Of a stretch of 64,000 nucleotides of DNA, positions 19,654 through 28,398 are shown one piece after another. Position 1 is the first letter of the stretch. Each line of letters starts with the position of its first letter. The notes under the pieces were generated by a model. That model ran no database searches. It had not been told where the DNA came from and saw only the letters and a program-made list of their open reading frames with translations. Both the position numbers and the translations under genes were made by a program. This stretch comes from Bacteroidales bacterium (GTDB taxonomy: Bacteria > Bacteroidota > Bacteroidia > Bacteroidales > Azobacteroidaceae): contig JAVBRK010000021.1 of assembly GCA_031548005.1 (NCBI GenBank), forward strand, positions 9,442 to 73,441. The letters run 5' to 3'.

Positions 19654-19684
19654 CAAATCTATGTAAAATTTTATAATCCGCAAA
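19654..19684 (-). promoter_or_regulatory. Canonical Bacteroidota promoter abutting the GH43 start
   Basis: TTTG-N19-TAGATTTG, then TAAT and the ATG. Confidence 0.55.
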
Positions 19685-19706
19685 CTCAGACAGCCTTATT
19701 AATACT

Positions 19707-22034
19707 TCATTCTGCTTTTATCGATTTCACCGGATTGGCTGTTGCCGATTTTATGGCCTGCCAGCCCACAGTTATTAATGTTAGTGCAGCCGTGATCAGT
19801 CCGGCCAGAGCAAATATCCACCAGTTGATATCGATCCGGTAAGCATAATCCTGTAACATCCGATTTATCCAATAATAAGCTAATGGAAAAGCGATCGATA
19901 TCGAAGCAACGACTGTGATCAGAAATTCTCTCGATAACATATTTACAATATTACCTACACTGGCACCCATTACTTTACGGATTCCTATTTCTTTTGTTTT
20001 GGTTTCTGCGATATAGGTTACTAATCCGAAAAGGCCAAGACAGGAGACGAAAATAGTAACCAGGGAAAAAATGACAAACAACCGTCCGAACCGGATATCC
20101 GATTGATACATCCGGTTGAAAGTATCATCCAGAAAGTTATATGTGAATGGAATGTCCGGATTGTATTGTTTCCATAATTTTTCAACGTTGGCAATCGCTT
20201 TTGAGGCATCCTGAGCAGTAGTTCGCACATAAAGATCTCCGACCGTATTATATCTCATAACCATCGGTTCTATTTCTTTATGCAAGTCGGCAAAGTTAAA
20301 ATCTTTGACGACCCCTACGATGGTCCCCCGGATCCCTCCTGATGCAACCATCCATTTTCCGACAGCGGGCTTTTCCATTCCCATTGCTTTCATGGCTGTT
20401 TCATTGATAACAAACTGCTCTTTCGGAACAAGTGTAAAACTACCTCCTTCAATAAAAGTCATGTGCATTGTTTTGAAAAAAGAAGAGTCCACCCATATCC
20501 GACCGTGATTAAAACTACCATTACCAGATTTTCCCTGCCAATCAGATACAAAATGACTATCCTGCACCTCTACAATGTCTCCACTTCCACAGCTGACATC
20601 ACGAATGGCGGCGTTTTTCAATAACTCGGTTTTTATGGCGTTATAGTGATTCTTCATAGACAAATTACAGGTAAACACATACTCCCGATCAAATCCGAGA
20701 TCCTTTTTACGGATATAATTTATCTGAGCCTGCATCGCGATGGTAATAACAATCAGAACTACAGACGAGCCAAATTGAAAGATAACCAGAGTTTTTCGAA
20801 AAAAGCTTTCTTTATGTACTCTTAATTTTTCTCCTATCGGTTTGAACGATGATAGTTGCCAGGCTGGATATAAACCGGCTAACAGCAGGATTAAAACGAA
20901 TACAGTTCCATAAATAAACCATACATGAATACCAAATCCATGAAGAGAAAGGGATTTCCCCGATAAATAATTATATCCCGGGAGCAACAATACACTCAGC
21001 AACAAAGAAACTAAAACAGCGATAAGAAATAAAATAGCCGCTTCGGACAACAATTGTGTAAACAATCTTTTTCTTCGGGCTCCTAATATTTTCTTTAAAC
21101 TGATTTCACGCTGACGTTTTGATGATCTGGCAGTAATTAGATTCACATAATTAATACAAGCGATACCCATAATAACAATTGCAATCCACTGGAATAAACT
21201 AACCGTTTTGATTCCGTCCGGTTCACCATTCATTTTGTAAAGATGCCGGTCAATCAAGGGTTGTAGCGTAAAACTGCGCGTATTCAGGTAATTGTCGACT
21301 TGTCGTTTGGTTGCCTGTTGAGATAAGTAGCTTACATCGGCATTTGGTTTTATTCGCAAATAGGTCTGGTATTCACATCCCCCGAATGAATCCAGAAGTT
21401 CCAGTATATACTGGCTCTCGCTGCCGGCAAATATTCCAAAGGAACAGATCAGGTCGGCTTTCGGCACACTCGTATTATCGGGAAAATCTTTCATGATTCC
21501 GGCAACATAAACACTGGACAAACCATCAATTTTTATTTCTTTCCCTATGGGATTTTCATCCCGGAACAACTCCGTAGATAAACTTTTACTGATAACAGCT
21601 TTGTTAGAGGTACTACTCAATTCCTGTTCATTACCCCCTATCACGGGGAAATTAAAAAATGAGAAAAATGTACTGTCGGCAAAAAGCAGTTTTTTAGATT
21701 CTGTTTTCAGATCTCCTACCATCAAATATTTCCTGGTCGTTTCGTATATTCGGCAAGAACTCTCAACTTCCGGAAAATTTTGTTCAAAAAACGGGCCGAT
21801 AAGACCCGGGGCCAAATCCATAGATTCGGTTCCCCCATCACTCTTGAAATGGGTGATAACCTGATAAATATCCTTTGGATTCTGATGAAATTGATCGTAA
21901 CTTTTTTCATCCTGTGCCCACAAAAAAATAAAAGTACAGGCCACCAGGCCTATCGACATCCCAATGAGATTAATCATTGAATACAGTCCGTTTTTATGGA
22001 GATTACGAATGGCTATTTTCAGATTGTAGAACAT
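19707..22034 (-). CDS. ABC transporter permease (MacB_PCD/FtsX duplicated), copy A
   Basis: 775 aa; IACINYVNL..R.REI..KK.LGA and a second FtsX half SCLGLFGL..KEIGIRK.MGA; ends ANPVKSIKAE. Confidence 0.95.
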   Translation of the reverse strand: MFYNLKIAIRNLHKNGLYSMINLIGMSIGLVACTFIFLWAQDEKSYDQFHQNPKDIYQVITHFKSDGGTESMDLAPGLIGPFFEQNFPEVESSCRIYETTRKYLMVGDLKTESKKLLFADSTFFSFFNFPVIGGNEQELSSTSNKAVISKSLSTELFRDENPIGKEIKIDGLSSVYVAGIMKDFPDNTSVPKADLICSFGIFAGSESQYILELLDSFGGCEYQTYLRIKPNADVSYLSQQATKRQVDNYLNTRSFTLQPLIDRHLYKMNGEPDGIKTVSLFQWIAIVIMGIACINYVNLITARSSKRQREISLKKILGARRKRLFTQLLSEAAILFLIAVLVSLLLSVLLLPGYNYLSGKSLSLHGFGIHVWFIYGTVFVLILLLAGLYPAWQLSSFKPIGEKLRVHKESFFRKTLVIFQFGSSVVLIVITIAMQAQINYIRKKDLGFDREYVFTCNLSMKNHYNAIKTELLKNAAIRDVSCGSGDIVEVQDSHFVSDWQGKSGNGSFNHGRIWVDSSFFKTMHMTFIEGGSFTLVPKEQFVINETAMKAMGMEKPAVGKWMVASGGIRGTIVGVVKDFNFADLHKEIEPMVMRYNTVGDLYVRTTAQDASKAIANVEKLWKQYNPDIPFTYNFLDDTFNRMYQSDIRFGRLFVIFSLVTIFVSCLGLFGLVTYIAETKTKEIGIRKVMGASVGNIVNMLSREFLITVVASISIAFPLAYYWINRMLQDYAYRIDINWWIFALAGLITAALTLITVGWQAIKSATANPVKSIKAE

Positions 22035-22041
22035 AATTTTT

Positions 22042-22069
22042 TAATTGATAATTGATAATTGTCAATTAG
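22042..22069. repeat. Intergenic heptamer tandem repeat
   Basis: TAATTGA TAATTGA TAATTGT CAATTAG between permeases A and B. Confidence 0.7.
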
Positions 22070-22073
22070 TTTT

Positions 22074-24458
22074 TTATTCTGTCTTTATTGATTTTACCGG
22101 ATTGGAAGTTGCTGCTTTCACCGCTTGCCAACCTACGGTTAATAATGTTAAAACGATCGTTATCATTCCTGCTAATGCAAATATCCACCATCCGATACCG
22201 ATCCGATAAGCATAATCCTGGAGCATTTTATCCAACCAGTAGTACGCCAACGGAAAAGCAATCAGCATCGCGATACCGACCAAAATCAGAAATTCTTTTG
22301 AAAGCATCCGGACAATATTACTTACACTGGCTCCCAATATTTTCCGGATGCCGATTTCTTTTGTTTTTGTTTCGGCAGTATAAGTAACCAATCCAAACAA
22401 ACCGAGGCAGGAAATCAGGACGGAAATAACTGAAAAAAAGCTGAATAACTGTCCTTTCTGAGATTCTGAACGATACATTTCGTTAAAAGCATCATCCAAA
22501 AAACGGTAAGTAAGCGGGAAAGCCGGACTGATTTTTTTCCAGACTTTTTCGGTTGCAACCACAGCCTCCTGGGTTTTTCCCGGTTGTGTTTTGACATAGA
22601 TTGTAGAATACGAATAGGCATTCATTGAGGGCATATGCACAGCTCGTGGAGACAAGTGCATGATAAGTGGCCCGATAACCGAATTAAGCGGTTCGAAATG
22701 AAAATCTTTTATTACACCAGCAATCGTATATTGTTGATTGCGCATAGGGATCGATATTCTTTTCCCAACCGGATTTTCCATTCCTATTTGTTTGATCGCC
22801 GTTTCATTCACTAAACAAAAAGAGCTGTCGGCTGGAGTTCCGGTATATCCCGGGCCTTCTGTCAATTTCATATTCATGATGGAACTGAAATTCCGGTCGG
22901 TTTCCCAGATAGCCGTCATGATCTGATTTTCGGACGATTTTCCCTCCCAATCGACTGTTTCCCAGCCCCCGGCATACAAAATACTCCCCTGAGATCCGGT
23001 TACCCCGGCTATAGCGGGTTCTTTTTCCAATTCCGACTTGAAGCTATCGTAATGCGTACGAATATCTAAGTTGGTAAACACGTTCATTTCAAGTACTTGC
23101 TCCCGGTCGTATCCTAATTGTTTGTGCTGTATGTAATGCAATTGACTATTAACAACGATAGCCGAAGTAATGAAAACCGCAACCGTAACAAATTGGAATA
23201 CCACCAATATTTTTCTTAACGAAAACCCAACTTTCCCTCCTTTAGGTTGCATCCTCAACGATTGGACAGGATGGAATGATGACAATTTCAATGTAGGATA
23301 AACCCCTGAAAACAAAGTAACAAACAACAGCATACACCCACAGGTACCCCAAATAATCGGATTGGCAGGGTTGAATACAAAATGTTTTCCGGTTATATTA
23401 TTGTATGAAGGAATCAGAAGGAATACCAAGAACAAGGCAATAACCAACGATAGAGTTATTAAAATCAGGGTTTCATTCATTAATTGTCCGAATAATTTCC
23501 TTTTTGGGGCCCCTAATATTTTTTTCACTCCGATTTCTTTATTTCGTTTATTGGCCCTTGCTGTGGTTAAGTTTACATAATTGATGCAGGCAATAACCAG
23601 TAAGCTCAGAGCCACAATTGAAAATAAACGGACAGAAGCCATTCCGCTTTCTTTCCCGTCCGGAGCATGCAACCGGAGATCTGCCAAAGGTTGCAAGCCG
23701 AAAGCATGGAGTTTTATTTTTGAAAAGTTTTTCTCCTGGCTTTCGAGCAATTGCTGCGCAACTGCATTTTTATCGGCATCCGGTCGCAGGAGGAAAAAAT
23801 TTCTCCAGCTCCAGTTTATCCAGGTATTTTTATGCCGGGATCGTTCGAAAGAGAAAATAGCGTCGTATTGCAGTTCAGAGTTTTTAGGCTGATCGGCTAT
23901 TACGGCTGAAACATAATATATTTCATTACTTCCCATCTGACTATTCCCCCCGGATAATTCTTTCCCTAAAGCAGGCTCATTCCCAAAAATCTTTTTTGCC
24001 ATACTTTGTGTCAGCACTACCGAGTATGGATCGGGCCAGGCTTGGTTGGCCGAACCTTCGATAAACCGGACATCGAAAATGCGGAAGAAAGTTGTATCTG
24101 CAGCAATAAAACGATTTTCGAAGAATTTTTTATCGTTGTACCCGACATATCCCAGATCGTAATTCATGTTAACGGCACAGGCATTTTCCACTCCGGGAAT
24201 TTCAGTCCTTGCGTAGTAGGAAACAGCTGTCGGAGTAGAAACCCCGAAGCTTTCTTTTCCTTCGTTATTCATATTTGTCGTTACAAGGTAAATATCTTTC
24301 GACCGGTTATAAAACCTGTCGTAACTCAACTCATCAACGATCCAGAACAAAATCAGAATACAGGTTGCCAAACTAACGGATAATCCGATCATATTAATCA
24401 TGGAATAAATTCCATTGGACCGGAGATTCCTGATTGCAATTTTCAGATTGTAAAACAT
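22074..24458 (-). CDS. ABC transporter permease (MacB_PCD/FtsX duplicated), copy B
   Basis: 794 aa; same two-half architecture and motifs as copy A. Confidence 0.95.
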   Translation of the reverse strand: MFYNLKIAIRNLRSNGIYSMINMIGLSVSLATCILILFWIVDELSYDRFYNRSKDIYLVTTNMNNEGKESFGVSTPTAVSYYARTEIPGVENACAVNMNYDLGYVGYNDKKFFENRFIAADTTFFRIFDVRFIEGSANQAWPDPYSVVLTQSMAKKIFGNEPALGKELSGGNSQMGSNEIYYVSAVIADQPKNSELQYDAIFSFERSRHKNTWINWSWRNFFLLRPDADKNAVAQQLLESQEKNFSKIKLHAFGLQPLADLRLHAPDGKESGMASVRLFSIVALSLLVIACINYVNLTTARANKRNKEIGVKKILGAPKRKLFGQLMNETLILITLSLVIALFLVFLLIPSYNNITGKHFVFNPANPIIWGTCGCMLLFVTLFSGVYPTLKLSSFHPVQSLRMQPKGGKVGFSLRKILVVFQFVTVAVFITSAIVVNSQLHYIQHKQLGYDREQVLEMNVFTNLDIRTHYDSFKSELEKEPAIAGVTGSQGSILYAGGWETVDWEGKSSENQIMTAIWETDRNFSSIMNMKLTEGPGYTGTPADSSFCLVNETAIKQIGMENPVGKRISIPMRNQQYTIAGVIKDFHFEPLNSVIGPLIMHLSPRAVHMPSMNAYSYSTIYVKTQPGKTQEAVVATEKVWKKISPAFPLTYRFLDDAFNEMYRSESQKGQLFSFFSVISVLISCLGLFGLVTYTAETKTKEIGIRKILGASVSNIVRMLSKEFLILVGIAMLIAFPLAYYWLDKMLQDYAYRIGIGWWIFALAGMITIVLTLLTVGWQAVKAATSNPVKSIKTE

Positions 24459-24502
24459 AATTGTAAAAATTGTACCATCACATGCCTTATGGTCTTATTA
24501 AT

Positions 24503-24545
24503 AAAAAAAGCGTATAAATCATTTTAACATTTGATTTACACGCTT
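24503..24545 (-). terminator. Intrinsic terminator downstream of the TA module
   Basis: Minus strand AAGCGTGTAAATCA-N10-TGATTTATACGCTT-TTTTT: a 14-bp stem with one G-U pair plus a U-tract. Confidence 0.7.
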
Positions 24546-24564
24546 GAGAATAAGCTATATTTTA

Positions 24565-24864
24565 TTAAAAAATTACATTGATTGAAAGGCGGCCTCCTAA
24601 ACCATGTTCTATAATTCTAACTAATGTAGATAACCGAATATCACTTGCATCATTTTCTATTCTGGAAATATAAGATTTATTGGTATCGCATTTTTCTGCC
24701 AGTTCTTTTTGCGATAAATTCCGGCTTATTCTGGCTTCACGGATAATTACTCCTAACTTAAAAGCCTCATACCCCTCATCAAATTTTTGACGGCTTTCGG
24801 TTCCAGCTTTTCCGAATTCTTTGTCCAATATCTCATCGAGGGATGTTAAATTATTCTTTTTCAT
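24565..24864 (-). CDS. HigA-like XRE/HTH antitoxin
   Basis: IREARISRNLSQKELAEKCDTNKSYISRIEN HTH_3 motif; overlaps the end of the upstream toxin gene. Confidence 0.88.
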   Translation of the reverse strand: MKKNNLTSLDEILDKEFGKAGTESRQKFDEGYEAFKLGVIIREARISRNLSQKELAEKCDTNKSYISRIENDASDIRLSTLVRIIEHGLGGRLSINVIF

Positions 24865-25195
24865 TCAAATACTCCTTTCTGATTTTGATTGCTTTTTTAA
24901 TTTCTTTTTTCGGCGTTTTCTGTGTCGTTTTTTGGAATCCATTCTCCAGAATAACCAGATTTCCTTCATCAAAAAAACAAAATATACGATAAATATTACT
25001 TTCAAATTCAATCCGGATTTCATATATTCCATGTGTACCCTCTATATGTCGAAAGTATTTGGATGGTATAATTTCCAGATCTCGGACGATTCCCAGAACA
25101 TAAGCAACTTTTTCTTTTAGTTCAACTGTTTGAGTTGAAAAAAAATCAAGAAAATAACTTCTGTAAGCGACAATTTTCCTCTCAGATTTTCCCAT
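24851..25195 (-). CDS. RelE/HigB-family (Gp49-like) toxin
   Basis: Start taken as ATG 25195 (MGKSERK); GIYEIR..NIYRIFCFF..LENGFQKTTQKTP..EI; toxin-first gene order. Confidence 0.88.
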   Translation of the reverse strand: MGKSERKIVAYRSYFLDFFSTQTVELKEKVAYVLGIVRDLEIIPSKYFRHIEGTHGIYEIRIEFESNIYRIFCFFDEGNLVILENGFQKTTQKTPKKEIKKAIKIRKEYLNEKE

Positions 25196-25204
25196 AGTTT
25201 TGGT

Positions 25205-25245
25205 TTTGTCCGACAAAGATACCTAATTAGACAACCCTCTCCAAA
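25205..25245 (-). promoter_or_regulatory. TA promoter with overlapping palindromic operator
   Basis: TTTG(25245-25242)-N20-TATCTTTG(25221-25214); palindrome TTTGTC-C-GACAAA at 25205-25217 overlaps the -7 element. Confidence 0.7.
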
Positions 25246-25264
25246 TTATATCTTATAATTTTTC

Positions 25265-25295
25265 AAAAAGCGTGTAAATCAATATGTCAAAGAAC
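25265..25295. repeat. Repeat bounding the TA cassette plus a boxA-like motif
   Basis: AAAAAGCGTGTAAATCA (25265-25281) is a 16/17 direct repeat of 24505-24521. Bases 25268-25282 are a perfect inverted repeat of 24531-24545. Minus strand GTTCTTTGACATATT lies at 25295-25281. Confidence 0.75.
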
Positions 25296-25320
25296 TATTT
25301 ATAATTACCCTATCATTCAT

Positions 25321-27681
25321 TTATTCCGTTTTTATCGCTTTCACCGGGTTGGCGGTCGCCGCTTTCATTGCCTGCCAGCCAACCGTCACGAATGCAATGA
25401 ATAAACCCAGGAAAGCCACAATAATGAATAACCACCAGGGAATATCCGTACGATAAGCATAAGAGTCCAACCACTTACTCATTGCCCACCAGGCAATTGG
25501 AGAAGCAATGATAATCGAACAGGTTACCAGCACGAGGAATTCTTTCGACAAGAGAGTCACTATATTTCCTACCGAAGCGCCCAATACCTTCCGGATACCG
25601 ATTTCTTTCCGGCGGATTTCGGTCATATACGCTACCAAAGCAAAAAGCCCCATACAGGAAATAAAGATAGTCAGCACAGTAAAGCCTGTTGCCAGAATAC
25701 TCACCCGATTTTCCTCTTCAAACTTACGGGCATATTCTTCATCTACAAATTTGTATTCAAAAGGATAATCCGGGTTATATTTCCGGAATATTTTTTCCAC
25801 TTTCGCGAGATTATCCGACGTTTTATTCGCTCCGTTGAGTTTCATGTGCATGACACTGAACCACTCCATACCCGGTCCTCCAATCAACATCGGAATTGTT
25901 TTCTCGTATGGGGAGCGCAGGATAAAATCCTTCACGACACCAACCACATGCCAATCCCGCTCCCAAAAACGAACAGTCTCGCCAACCGGATTATCAAAGT
26001 TCATGATCTTAGCTGCCGACTCGTTCAGGAGTAATGCAGTCGAATCGGTTGCATATATACGGATGTCTATATCGCGTCCCTGAAGAAGAGTGACTCCTGT
26101 AGTCTTTGTCCAGTCGGCATCCACAAAATAATTGTCCATAATGATGACATTATTGGGGTTATACCCTCTCCACGTCACTCCCCAGGTATTACTCCAACCT
26201 TCAGTCATCGGAGAGCTGGTCTTCGTGACCGAGGTGGCCACTCCTGAGGATATCAGTTCATTCCGGACTAATTCATAATTCTTTGATAACTCCGGATAGA
26301 GCGTATGGTAGACCAGTTGATCCTTGTTGTATCCGTTGTCCCGGCTTTGTGCATATTGAACCTGACGATTAATGATTAATGTCGCGACAATCAGGAAAAC
26401 TGCAAACGTAAATTGGACGATCACTAATAATTTACGGGGAGTAACTAAAGTCCGTTCTCCTTTAAATGTTCCTTTGAGTACCTTAATCGGCAAAAAAGAA
26501 GATAAATAAAATGCGGGATAACTCCCGGCCAACAGAGCAGTGAAAAGAATAAATCCTAAGGCACACAACCAGAACCAGCCATTGGTCAGATCCAGGGTCA
26601 AGGTTTTGCCCATCAGGTTACTATAGGCAGGAATCAGTAACCGGGCCACAAAAATGGCGATGATCCCGGCAACCAGGGCGACAACTAACGATTCTCCCAG
26701 AAATTGACGAATCAGAGATCGACGCTTACTTCCCATGACTTTACGGACTCCCACTTCCCGGGCCCGTTTCTCACTACGAGCTGTACTGAGATTCATGAAA
26801 TTGATACAAGCAATCAAAAGAATCAATACGGCAACCAGACTGAATATGCGCAACATCTCAATTCGCCCGCCTGTCGGTTGCCCGTTTTCAAACTTCGAAT
26901 AGAGATGGGATTTGCTGATGGAATAAAGAAAGGTCTCAGTCGGGTTCGATTTGTCGGTGTGTTCCTCTACGATTTTACAAATATCCCGGTTCACCTTTTC
27001 CACATCTGCCTGAGGTTGTAATTGCACAAAGGTTTGTAAAGAATTACTATTCCAGTTTTCATTTAACCAACCCAATGATTTATGGAAAGCGATGGGTACA
27101 AGGACATCAAACTCAAAATAAGTATTCCCGGGTAGATTCTTCATGACACCGCTTACTGTCAAAGGGTATTTAAATTCGAATGTTACGACCTTACCCATAG
27201 GATCTTCGTTTCCAAACAGCCTTTTTGCAGCCTTCTCAGTCAGAATAATGGAGTTTACTTCTTTCAAAGCTATTTCCTGATTGCCATGAGTGAGTGGAAA
27301 GCTGAACATACTCAGGAATGCAGGATCCACACAAGACACTTTCATTTTCAACTTCTTATCCCCCAGCATCAGATAAGAAGAGCCATTAGACATGACCCGG
27401 GTAGATTCTTTTATTTCTGGATAATCATCTTTCAGAGCCGGCCCCATAAGGGCGTTCGTCCAATTCCAACATTCCACTTTACCTTCAACTTCAGCCCGGC
27501 TCCAAGCCAGATAAAGATCTTTTTCATTTTTGTGAAACCGGTCGTACGACCATTCGTTATAAACCCATACAAACAAGAGTATGGAAGCAGCCATGCCAAT
27601 GGATAATCCGGCAATATTAATAATAGAAGAGAAGCTATCCCGGTGCAAATTGCGTAGTGTTATTTTCAGATTGTAAAACAT
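25321..27681 (-). CDS. ABC transporter permease (MacB_PCD/FtsX duplicated), copy C
   Basis: 786 aa; IACINFMNLSTARSEKRAREVGVRK; ends ANPVKAIKTE. Confidence 0.95.
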   Translation of the reverse strand: MFYNLKITLRNLHRDSFSSIINIAGLSIGMAASILLFVWVYNEWSYDRFHKNEKDLYLAWSRAEVEGKVECWNWTNALMGPALKDDYPEIKESTRVMSNGSSYLMLGDKKLKMKVSCVDPAFLSMFSFPLTHGNQEIALKEVNSIILTEKAAKRLFGNEDPMGKVVTFEFKYPLTVSGVMKNLPGNTYFEFDVLVPIAFHKSLGWLNENWNSNSLQTFVQLQPQADVEKVNRDICKIVEEHTDKSNPTETFLYSISKSHLYSKFENGQPTGGRIEMLRIFSLVAVLILLIACINFMNLSTARSEKRAREVGVRKVMGSKRRSLIRQFLGESLVVALVAGIIAIFVARLLIPAYSNLMGKTLTLDLTNGWFWLCALGFILFTALLAGSYPAFYLSSFLPIKVLKGTFKGERTLVTPRKLLVIVQFTFAVFLIVATLIINRQVQYAQSRDNGYNKDQLVYHTLYPELSKNYELVRNELISSGVATSVTKTSSPMTEGWSNTWGVTWRGYNPNNVIIMDNYFVDADWTKTTGVTLLQGRDIDIRIYATDSTALLLNESAAKIMNFDNPVGETVRFWERDWHVVGVVKDFILRSPYEKTIPMLIGGPGMEWFSVMHMKLNGANKTSDNLAKVEKIFRKYNPDYPFEYKFVDEEYARKFEEENRVSILATGFTVLTIFISCMGLFALVAYMTEIRRKEIGIRKVLGASVGNIVTLLSKEFLVLVTCSIIIASPIAWWAMSKWLDSYAYRTDIPWWLFIIVAFLGLFIAFVTVGWQAMKAATANPVKAIKTE

Positions 27682-27696
27682 AACTATTCGATTAAC

Positions 27697-28368
27697 TCAT
27701 TCGATTCTTCCGTCCAACAGATTAACAATTCGATTACCATAAGCTGCATTCTTTTCCGAATGAGTCACCTGTATGATGGTCATACCGCCCTCTTTATTCA
27801 ACCGGGAAAATACTTCCATGATTTCCTCTCCCTGTTTGGAATTCAGGTTGCCTGTCGGTTCATCGGCCAGTAATAACTTTGGTTTGACGATCAAAGCTCT
27901 GGCGATCCCGACCAATTGTTGTTGTCCTCCTGAGAGTTGAGAAGGAAATAAGTCCTTCTTCCCCACAATATTAAAGCGATCGAGCATATCAGCAACGGCT
28001 GATTTCCGTTCGGACGACTTCATGTTGTGATACCTCAGCGGAGTTTCGATATTTTCTTCTACTGTCAGTTCATCGATCAGATGGTAAGCCTGAAAAATAA
28101 AGCCGATGTTGTTTTTATGAAGCTCGGAACGGTGTTTTTCTTTCATGGAATGAACGGCCTGCCTGAGAAAATGATACTCTCCTTCATTCAATTCATCGAG
28201 CATTCCCAATATATTCAACAGGGTACTCTTTCCTGATCCGGAAGGTCCCATGATGGAAATAAACTCTCCCTGTTCGACTTCCAGATTTATATCGCGCAGC
28301 AGGAAAACTCGTCCGCTGCCGTTATTGACCCATTTGGTCAGATGTTCCGTTTTTAATAGAGTATTCAT
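27697..28368 (-). CDS. ABC transporter ATP-binding protein (MacB/LolD type)
   Basis: Walker A GPSGSGKST, signature LSGGQQQ, Walker B LLLADEPTGNL and H-loop VTH. Confidence 0.96.
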   Translation of the reverse strand: MNTLLKTEHLTKWVNNGSGRVFLLRDINLEVEQGEFISIMGPSGSGKSTLLNILGMLDELNEGEYHFLRQAVHSMKEKHRSELHKNNIGFIFQAYHLIDELTVEENIETPLRYHNMKSSERKSAVADMLDRFNIVGKKDLFPSQLSGGQQQLVGIARALIVKPKLLLADEPTGNLNSKQGEEIMEVFSRLNKEGGMTIIQVTHSEKNAAYGNRIVNLLDGRIE

Positions 28369-28398
28369 GTTTTTTAATTAAAAATTAGTTCCAATATG

